From contig CAXXMV010000006.1 of the NCBI GenBank assembly GCA_963662285.2, positions 1,152,001 to 1,216,000 of the forward strand: a stretch of DNA of 64,000 nucleotides, read 5' to 3'. Shown piece by piece: positions 56,559-64,000 of this stretch. The DNA is from a bacterium. Lineage in GTDB: Bacteria > Hinthialibacterota > Hinthialibacteria > Hinthialibacterales > Hinthialibacteraceae. Numbering within the stretch: the stretch's first letter is position 1; every line of letters begins with the position of its first letter. The notes beneath the pieces were generated by a model. The model made no database searches and was not told the DNA's origin. It saw nothing but the letters and a program-made list of their open reading frames with translations. A program made the position numbers and the translations under genes.

Positions 56559-57656
56559 TTATTGCTTTTTGGGATTCAATCGATTCAGATACCATTCAAT
56601 ATTGTTTCTCATGCGGGTTGTGGAAGCCTTGGCCAGGGCTTTTTGGAATGCAATTTCAGCCGACTCGAGTGACGTCGGGTCGCCCATTGCATAGAGACCC
56701 ACGCCCTCATTGTAATAAAAATCCGCTTCGCCGGGGTGTAGTTTCTGTGAAGCCCGCGCCAGATTTACCAGCATCTCGTGATCTTTCTTGCGGTAATAGA
56801 CTTCGCTGAGGCTTTTCACGGTAGGCGCTGAGATGTCATGAATGGTCAAAAGAAAAAAGTCTTCAGCGAAATCCAGCCAGTCCAATTTTTCAAACAGGTT
56901 AAGCAGGCTGCGTTGATTGGCTGGATCGGTAGGATTTTTAAGAACCTTCTCCTGCAATGAGGTCAGGCCGGATTTATCTTCCAGGTATTTTCTCAGTTCG
57001 GCAATCTCTTTACTTTTTTTGGGATAATAGCTTTTTAAGCGGAAATAATCGTCTTGCACTACATCGTAAAAGCGCCGGTGAAACAAACATTTTTCGCGTA
57101 TCATCAAGGCGTCGAAGCGTTCGTCTTTATCGATGGTATGAGCCAGTATCGCTTCCAACTCTTTTTGGGTTTGCTCATACTTCCGCCGTTTGAAGAGTTC
57201 CTTGGCGTAATCCAATCTGTTTTCGGGAGCGACATCCGACCATACATCCTTGATGGTTCCCGTAGCGTCTTTTGGCATGGGGATGTCATCAGGATCGGGT
57301 ATCTTTCCCATTTCACGCAAGCGCTTCAAGGTCTCATCCGAGTCGCCATCTGGACCAATGAATTTTGACAAGTCGATGGGAGTGTCGCTGTATTGCCCTT
57401 TGCCCAGTTCGGGTCTGGGGCGCCGGGGGCGGTTCTGGGAACCTTCTTCATTGGGCGTGGTCTTGGTATAGCGGCGCAGCAAATCATTCTTCAACAGGTT
57501 CATCAAAGAATTTTGGTTATTGGCGCCATCCGAATCAAGCAAAGGCGCCAAGGGTATGCTATCCTGGGCGTAAACAGGCGCTGACAAAAACAAGCACACC
57601 GATCCCACAAGTAGAATAAGTTTATTAAAATAATCGCCCGTCAATAATAACCACAT
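56559..57656 (-). CDS. Exported tetratricopeptide repeat protein
   Basis: Signal peptide ending APVYA-Q; helical repeats such as PGEADFYYNEGVGLY...AFQKAL. Confidence 0.7.
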   Translation of the reverse strand: MWLLLTGDYFNKLILLVGSVCLFLSAPVYAQDSIPLAPLLDSDGANNQNSLMNLLKNDLLRRYTKTTPNEEGSQNRPRRPRPELGKGQYSDTPIDLSKFIGPDGDSDETLKRLREMGKIPDPDDIPMPKDATGTIKDVWSDVAPENRLDYAKELFKRRKYEQTQKELEAILAHTIDKDERFDALMIREKCLFHRRFYDVVQDDYFRLKSYYPKKSKEIAELRKYLEDKSGLTSLQEKVLKNPTDPANQRSLLNLFEKLDWLDFAEDFFLLTIHDISAPTVKSLSEVYYRKKDHEMLVNLARASQKLHPGEADFYYNEGVGLYAMGDPTSLESAEIAFQKALAKASTTRMRNNIEWYLNRLNPKKQ

Positions 57657-57721
57657 TGATCAAAAACGCCTTTGAATATTTTTCCAATCGTATGATGAGT
57701 TAAAAGCCAATTGAGTGGGCT

Positions 57722-58431
57722 AAAAGCCAAATCGTAGGGTGGGCTAAAAGCCGCAAAGCGGCGTAGCCCACCAAAGCCACCCATGTATCAATCATCCTTT
57801 GGCATAACAATCTTCCCCGGATTAAGAATATTATGCGGATCGAATACCGCTTTGATTTTGGTCAAAAGCCAAATCGTAGGGTGGGCTAAAAGCCGCAAAG
57901 CGGCGTAGCCCACCAAAGCCACCCATGTATCAATCATCCTTTGGCATAACAATCTTGCCCGGATTAAGAATATTATGCGGATCGAATACCGCTTTGATTT
58001 TGGTCAAAAGCCAAATCGTAGGGTGGGCTAAAAGCCGCAAAGCGGCGTAGCCCACCAAAGCCACCCATGTATCAATAATCCTTTGGCATAACAATCTTCC
58101 CCGGATTAAGAATATTATGCGGATCGAATACCGCTTTGATTTTGGTCAAAAGCCAAATCGTAGGGTGGGCTAAAAGCCGCAAAGCGGCGTAGCCCACCAA
58201 AGCCACCCATGTATCAATCATCCTTTGGCATAACAATCTTGCCCGGATTAAGAATATTATGCGGATCGAATACCGCTTTGATTTTGGTCAAAAGCCAAAT
58301 CGTAGGGTGGGCTAAAAGCTGCAAAGCGGCGTAGCCCACCAAAGCCACCCATGTATCAATCATCCTTTGGCATAACAATCTTCCCCGGATTAAGAATATT
58401 ATGCGGATCGAATACTGCTTTAATTCCGGTC
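57722..58431. repeat. Tandem array of 5 x 142 bp; unit = GTAG-REP plus the last ~26 codons of the adjacent oxidase gene
   Basis: Units start at 57722, 57864, 58006, 58148 and 58290; the fifth overlaps the real gene end. Confidence 0.95.
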
Positions 58432-59783
58432 AACAGATCAATCTCCGTTTGACTCATTTCATAGGCGATATAGGGTTGCTTGCTGATGCCGATGCCATGC
58501 TCGCCGGAGATTGAGCCATCCATCTCCACGGTTTTCTTGAACAGGTCGCTGACCGCCTGTTCGACGTTGGGGTCGCTCTCGTCATGCGACATGAAATTGA
58601 CATGCAGGTTGCCGTCTCCAGCATGACCGAAGCACAGGGTGAAGATGTCATACTTGCGGCCGATGGCGTAGGCTTCTTCGAGTATTTGGGGAAACGCGGC
58701 GACCGGGACGCAGATATCCTCATTGGTCTTGAACGGCGCTTTGGCGAACATGGCCGGACTGAGGCTGCGCCGGATATCCCACAGTTTTTCCCGCTCGGCG
58801 TCGTTTTGCGACTCGGTAATCTTGCTGGCTCCATTGGAGCGGCATATACCGGCCAGGATATCCAGGTCGCGGCGCACTTCATCCTGATTGAAGCCATCGG
58901 TCTCCACCAGCAGCAGCCCGTCGGCGATGGGTAGGTTAGCTTCGGGTTGATGAGCGTTGGCCGCTTCGAGGCTCAGGCGGTCGATGAATTCCAAAGCGCA
59001 GGGCAGGGTTCCGCTGTTGAGCATGGCGCGCACCGCCACCGCTGATTGGTTGACCGAGTCGAACAATGCGACGAAGGTAGCGCGGTGAGCCGGGTAGGGA
59101 ATCAGCCGCATAGTGGCTTCGGTGATAATGGCCAGGGTTCCTTCCGAGCCGATCAGAAGTTGCAGCAGGTTGTAGCCCACCACGTTCTTGCGGGCTTTGG
59201 TCCCGGCGTGGATGATCTCTCCGGTGGGCAGCACGGCCTGCACTGATTGGATCCAATCCTTGGTGGTGCCGTATTTTACGCAATTGAGTCCCCCTGCGCA
59301 TTCAGCCAATGTACCGCCCAGGCTGGCCGTCTTGGCGCTGGATGGATCGGGTGGATAAAACAACCCTTCTTTCTGCACGGCTGATTTCAGTTCTCCCAAC
59401 GGAATGCCGGGCTGGGTTCTGACCAGGCGGTTATCCTTATCTATCTCCAGAATTTTTGACATACGCTCCAGCGACAGCAGGATGCCGCCCTTGAGAGCCA
59501 ATGCGCCGCCGGTATGACCAGTGCCGCCGCCGCGTGGATAGACCGGAGTCTTATATTCACAGGCCAACTTCATCACCGCAGAAATTTCCTCAACGCTCTC
59601 AGGCCACACCACCACTTGAGGGGGATAATTGTTGCGCGTTGCGTCATAGGCGTAGGTCATAAGGTCGACATCTTCGCTCGACGCGCGTTCTTTGCTTAAC
59701 ACGTTGCGCAACGCCTTCAACAACGATGCATTGATAGGAGGGTGGGCGGTGGATGATGCATGAACGTCTGACATTGATAGCAC
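58356..59783 (-). CDS. FAD-linked oxidase, GlcD/D-lactate dehydrogenase-like
   Basis: PRGGGTG..GG, YPPDPSS, KYGTT, GSEGTLAIITE, GHAGDGNLH, SGEHGIG, DPHNILNPGK. Confidence 0.92.
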   Translation of the reverse strand: MLSMSDVHASSTAHPPINASLLKALRNVLSKERASSEDVDLMTYAYDATRNNYPPQVVVWPESVEEISAVMKLACEYKTPVYPRGGGTGHTGGALALKGGILLSLERMSKILEIDKDNRLVRTQPGIPLGELKSAVQKEGLFYPPDPSSAKTASLGGTLAECAGGLNCVKYGTTKDWIQSVQAVLPTGEIIHAGTKARKNVVGYNLLQLLIGSEGTLAIITEATMRLIPYPAHRATFVALFDSVNQSAVAVRAMLNSGTLPCALEFIDRLSLEAANAHQPEANLPIADGLLLVETDGFNQDEVRRDLDILAGICRSNGASKITESQNDAEREKLWDIRRSLSPAMFAKAPFKTNEDICVPVAAFPQILEEAYAIGRKYDIFTLCFGHAGDGNLHVNFMSHDESDPNVEQAVSDLFKKTVEMDGSISGEHGIGISKQPYIAYEMSQTEIDLLTGIKAVFDPHNILNPGKIVMPKDD

Positions 59784-59936
59784 CTGCTTATATTGAGTTA
59801 TATCATTTTATCCCAAGTTCCCCACGCTCAAATAGGGAAGTGATTGATTAATGGATGTTTGGCTGCTTCGGGCGCCAAAGACAGGCGCCAAGAGCAGGGT
59901 ATTTTTTCTACCATTGAAGCGATCACCCACGGTGGG

Positions 59937-60357
59937 TGGCGGGTGGCAAGGGCAAGACCGCAAAGCGGTCAGCCCTTGATGCGATAACCTACGTTTCTCA
60001 GTATCCCTCTCCCAAGACTAGTAGAGGCCAGGAGAGAGTTGATAACAACCACCCAATCATAAAAAAACTAAACAAATGGCGGGTGGCAAGGGCAAGACCG
60101 CAAAGCGGTCAGCCCTTGATGCGATAACCAACGTTTCTCAGTATCCCTCTCCCAAGACTGGGAGAGGCCAGGAGAGAGTTGATAACAACCACCCAATCAT
60201 AAAAAAACTAAACAAATGGCGGGTGGCAAGGGCAAGACCGCAAAGCGGTCAGCCCTTGATGCGATAACCTACGTTTCTCAGTATCCCTCTCCCAAGACTA
60301 GTAGAGGCCAGGAGAGGGTTGATAATAATCACTCAATCATAAAAAAAACTAAACAAA
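59937..60357. repeat. Tandem array of 3 x 140 bp containing family B and family C palindromes
   Basis: Units start at 59937, 60077 and 60217. Confidence 0.93.
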
Positions 60358-60432
60358 TGTACAATATTGGCACGCTTATTGCCATATAACGTATCGAAGC
60401 ATCAAATAAATCTAATATTCAGGAGAAGCAAA

Positions 60433-60798
60433 ATGACTCTCACACCCCAAGCCATTACCAAATTCGATGAAAATATCATGGATACCATGTCCTACTGCAT
60501 CATGAAGATTTCCGAAAACTTAAAAAAAAGATACGACCCGGACTCGCCAGAATCAAACTCGCTCTTCCGTCTCTTCTGTTCTGCGTCCAGAACCATGATG
60601 CAAATGACCAATAAATATCTCAGAGCCAAAAAAATCGAAATTCAAAACACCCAAAATCAAAATACCAAAAATATAGTTAACAGCAATCAATCAAATTTCA
60701 ACAATATCCCGGTTGATAACTCAAATTCATCATTAAAACAGCAAAAAAATGATAATAATCATGTAGCATCATTCTGGAAAAAAAAGAAAACCGCATAA
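60433..60798 (+). CDS. Hypothetical protein with Asn/Gln-rich low-complexity tail
   Basis: AGGAG RBS before ATG at 60433 within the 60367 ORF; no family recognised. Confidence 0.5.
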   Translation: MTLTPQAITKFDENIMDTMSYCIMKISENLKKRYDPDSPESNSLFRLFCSASRTMMQMTNKYLRAKKIEIQNTQNQNTKNIVNSNQSNFNNIPVDNSNSSLKQQKNDNNHVASFWKKKKTA

Positions 60799-61004
60799 CC
60801 AAAACGGTTTCAAAGAAAAATTAAATGCAATTTCCCGCCGTTCCTCGACGGGCATAGGATAGTAATGCGTGTTATCTTGCACTGAAGAATATAAATAGTC
60901 GCCAAGAATGGGTGGCAAGGCGATATTGTCATTAAGTTAAGTCTTAAAGTCCCCTCTACCACCGGGCTACTCTTCGTACACAAATCAGGAGATGAGAATG
61001 AAAC

Positions 61005-61063
61005 GGGGAGCATCATAGAATGGGGAGCAACATAGAATGGGGAGCATCGGCTTCTAGCCGGTG
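61005..61063. repeat. 17-bp tandem repeat (~2.6 copies) running into a small hairpin
   Basis: GGGGAGCA[TA]CATAGAAT x2, then GGGGAGCATCGGCTTCTAGCCGGTG. Confidence 0.6.
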
Positions 61064-61161
61064 TGTTAAATAAGATAGAATATTTCTATTAGCTTATGTA
61101 TTCATCCATGCTGGGCGCCAAGGGCAAGTTTCTCTACGCCCTATGCTCAAATAGAGAGACG

Positions 61162-63657
61162 CTAATCCTCCAAAATCTCATAATCCTCACCGGATTCGGG
61201 ATTAAATCCAATGAAGGCTGATATGGGGATCAGCATCAGGTAGCAGATGGCGCCGAGGATGAAGTTCCAGTGGATGCCCAGCGCTATGCTGATTACTACC
61301 GCCAGGGTGGATGAGAGCACTCCGGCTGCGCCGTTCATAGCCCAGAACCAGGGAGTGGGGCGGTTATCGATGTATTGCACCAACCTCATACCGCTGGGGA
61401 AAGCGTAACCCATCATGAATCCCGCTGGCGAGATAAGCGCGACAGCGAACAGGCACTTGATCCAGATATCAACTGTTTGCAGCCATATAAAGAGGAATGG
61501 CGCCCAGAAGGGCAGGGTGATCAGGTAGACGAATAGCCCTAACGACCAGATAACAAAGCGCTTACAGGTGTTTAGTTTATATCTTTCCGAGAGAAAACTA
61601 CCCGCTCCGGTGAAGAGGATCAAGGCGAATAATACGATGCTCAACGAGTAGGCCGGGCGTCCCAGGAAGACGTTTAGCCTTTGTAGGAAGCCAATCTCGA
61701 CGAACATGAATCCCATGCCGATTACTGAGAAATAGGCCGAGCCTCCGCTGATTAGAGCCAAGGGCGTTTCGCGTAGGGCGGGCAGCATGGGGATGACGAT
61801 GGTGGCCAAAACCAGCAATATGGAGAGTACAACGATCATGATCAAGGTGCGGGTGGCCAGCAGGTTGCCGAATACCACTCCCTCTTGCACCGAGGTTTGG
61901 CTTACTCCTTCCCATATATTCATCAGGAACTCAAACAATTTGGCTGGTTTATGAAAGGGCAGCTGATTGAAGAAGAAGGGCTTGTCGTCGGTCGGCGGGG
62001 TCAGGTTCAAATCCAGGGTGGCGGTGTAGGCGTCAAGTTCAGCGCGGTTTTTGGCGGATAGGATGTTTTGCAATACCACCGAATCAGAACTCTTATCAGG
62101 ACTATGTACGATTACATATTCCAGGCCGACAGCTGCTTGGTTCAGTTTTTGGATGGCTGAGGCGTCCAGTGGCGAACGGGATAAAACCAGAGTGGCCAGT
62201 TTGTTGCGCACCGATGCGATGAAGATATGCTTGTGTGGTTCGGTTACGCCTTGATCCATCAAGGCTGCCGCCGCCAGGGCGATCATGCGCCCGGTTTCGT
62301 TGATTTCTCCGGGGGCGTGCCAACGGCTTACGGTCAGGACGCCATCTGGTTTGAGGTGGTTAAGGAAGATATTCCAGCCTTCAACGGTATAAAGGCCGTT
62401 TTCGCTAAGCGAGAAGGCCCCGGCGCCGGTGGCCGCCCAGGTGTCGATCATGCTCATCTGGATCAGGTCGAATTGCTCTGTCGAACGGGCGAACCAGCTG
62501 CGGGCTTCGTCAGCGATCAGTTTGACTCCCGGTAGGGTATTGACGTTGCAGAAATCGCTGAAGCCTTTTTCGTTTTGCAGCAAATTAACGTTGATGGGAT
62601 TCAGTTCGATCCCGGTGATGTCACGGAAGCCGAAATACCAGGCAGATAGGATGTCGCGCCCGCCGCCGATGCCGATGATGGCCGCCTTGCCGCTGTTTTT
62701 GTAATAATAGGCGAAATTGGTGATGTCGTATTTCAGGAATTCCAACTCTTCAGATTGGCCGCGGAAACGGTACATGGGCGAACCCGCCGCGCCATCAATA
62801 TTGAGGATGCGCCATTCTTTCTGGATATCGGGGAATTTGGCTGAAGCGCCCCATAGGTGGGCTGAGCGCATACCCCGGTTATACACCGCCACTCGTGAAT
62901 AGGAATTCCATTTTTCATATAGCATGTTTTTGTTGCGCCGTTCAATATTGTCTTTAACGAACATGGGATGCAGGCCTTTGGTGGTCTGGGTGTTGGCCAC
63001 GCACAGAATGGTTAGTCCTATGAAGATCAAGACCGGGCGTAGGAATAGTTGGTTGAAGCCTTTTTTGATGTATGGCCATTCACCGACATGGGAGAATGAG
63101 AAGAAGATCGCGCCGAAAGCTCCAACGGTTCCCGCCGTCAGCATGGCCGCTGGACCATCCAGATAGTTCAATAAAACCAATACCAGCAAACATCCCGCCG
63201 CCGCTCCAACCAGATCGACCGCATAGACGTAACCTATAGGATACGGGCTGCGGGTCAGAGCCAGGCTGATAGCCACGCCAGCCAGAAAGAAGGGGATGCT
63301 GACGCAGATGGTCAACTCAGCCCAGGCGAATACGCCCGATGCGGTAAACACGCCAGTCAGTGGAATGGTCAATTGCATGGCCAGACAGAAGAGGACGCTC
63401 AGGGCGTAAGCCGAAGTATAGAAGGTTAATTTTTGTGATAGGTTATCGTATGACAGTTGTTCGCGCTTCAGGTATACCCAGACCGAACCGGCGGTCATAC
63501 CGAACATGGCGATGCTGATTACGAAGAAGGCCAGGTAATACCAGGCCATGACGGAGAGGATGCGGGTCTGGATCACTTCCAGCATCAGCATCGATAAGGT
63601 TAAGCAGAATACCCCGGCATAAAAACAGAAGCGATCTAACATTCTCGTCCCCTTCAA
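61162..63657 (-). CDS. Polytopic membrane protein with central spermidine-synthase-like class I SAM-binding domain
   Basis: LEVIQTRILS, YAVDLVGAAAG, IGIGGGRD, IELNP, DEARSW, ENGLYTVE, GFMFVEI, WFWAMNG. Confidence 0.85.
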   Translation of the reverse strand: MKGTRMLDRFCFYAGVFCLTLSMLMLEVIQTRILSVMAWYYLAFFVISIAMFGMTAGSVWVYLKREQLSYDNLSQKLTFYTSAYALSVLFCLAMQLTIPLTGVFTASGVFAWAELTICVSIPFFLAGVAISLALTRSPYPIGYVYAVDLVGAAAGCLLVLVLLNYLDGPAAMLTAGTVGAFGAIFFSFSHVGEWPYIKKGFNQLFLRPVLIFIGLTILCVANTQTTKGLHPMFVKDNIERRNKNMLYEKWNSYSRVAVYNRGMRSAHLWGASAKFPDIQKEWRILNIDGAAGSPMYRFRGQSEELEFLKYDITNFAYYYKNSGKAAIIGIGGGRDILSAWYFGFRDITGIELNPINVNLLQNEKGFSDFCNVNTLPGVKLIADEARSWFARSTEQFDLIQMSMIDTWAATGAGAFSLSENGLYTVEGWNIFLNHLKPDGVLTVSRWHAPGEINETGRMIALAAAALMDQGVTEPHKHIFIASVRNKLATLVLSRSPLDASAIQKLNQAAVGLEYVIVHSPDKSSDSVVLQNILSAKNRAELDAYTATLDLNLTPPTDDKPFFFNQLPFHKPAKLFEFLMNIWEGVSQTSVQEGVVFGNLLATRTLIMIVVLSILLVLATIVIPMLPALRETPLALISGGSAYFSVIGMGFMFVEIGFLQRLNVFLGRPAYSLSIVLFALILFTGAGSFLSERYKLNTCKRFVIWSLGLFVYLITLPFWAPFLFIWLQTVDIWIKCLFAVALISPAGFMMGYAFPSGMRLVQYIDNRPTPWFWAMNGAAGVLSSTLAVVISIALGIHWNFILGAICYLMLIPISAFIGFNPESGEDYEILED

Positions 63658-63804
63658 AATAAATTCATTTGCACAATGAAAAACGCCCTTCCATGTATTG
63701 TCAATTGGCCTGGAAGGGCGTTGGGTTATTATCTACTACACATGTTATGCTACAAATGGAATTTTGACTATGATAAAAACACAAATTGGAATATCTAAAG
63801 TTGT

Positions 63805-63955
63805 AGAAAACAACCCCCTCTTGAATTCTCCCCCAAATTTGGGGGAGAGGGGTTTTGGCGATATAACCAGTTATATTCTATTGGCTCAGTTATACAAAAT
63901 ACTGAGGATAAATATTCCTCTCCCAAGATTGGGAGAGGTTAGGTGAGGGTTGATA
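63805..63955 (+). repeat. ~150-bp composite palindromic element (family C doublet)
   Basis: Inverted near copy of 51204-51353. Confidence 0.75.
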
Positions 63956-64000
63956 ATGACCACTCAAGAAAAAAAATTCAGGTCATCCTTTAATCCAGAG

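Noticed and set aside
57722-58431. CRISPR array interpretation of the REP-plus-intervening-sequence repeats
   Set aside because: The intervening sequences are near-identical gene-end copies rather than unique spacers, the period is 142 bp and no cas genes are present.
59936-60267. Two near-identical 63-aa ORFs (MAGGKGKTAKRS...)
   Set aside because: These are by-products of the 140-bp non-coding tandem repeat; the period is not a multiple of 3 and there is no clear RBS.

Overview
64-kb bacterial chromosomal window from an apparently anaerobic, diderm organism. It carries metabolic and housekeeping genes: iorAB-paaK-ACT-paaK, moaA-moeA-mobBA, alpha-2-macroglobulin-pbpC, murJ, a stand-alone IMP cyclohydrolase, yciH and a glcD-like oxidase. 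These are interspersed with many large signal-peptide-bearing proteins. The main observation is that six unrelated exported proteins end in the same short tail, [STV]-x-[VL]-x-x-W-[EQS]-[LIV]-[FYH]-COOH, with no transmembrane helix. They are a choice-of-anchor-X-like repeat protein, two probable beta-propellers, a nonaheme cytochrome c, a WD40 protein and a PEP/pyruvate-binding ATP-grasp protein. This looks like a C-terminal protein-sorting signal that I cannot assign to a described system. The intergenic DNA holds at least three families of REP-like palindromes. Several sit inside local tandem amplifications: 5x142 bp capturing the 3' end of a gene, 3x140 bp, 2x52 bp and about 2.6x17 bp. There is also a 121-bp MITE-like element and a candidate structured RNA leader. 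Five single-base frameshifts at 50.9-53.8 kb are probably sequencing errors. No rRNA, tRNA, CRISPR array or transposase was recognised. All assignments come from motif recognition by eye; no searches were run.
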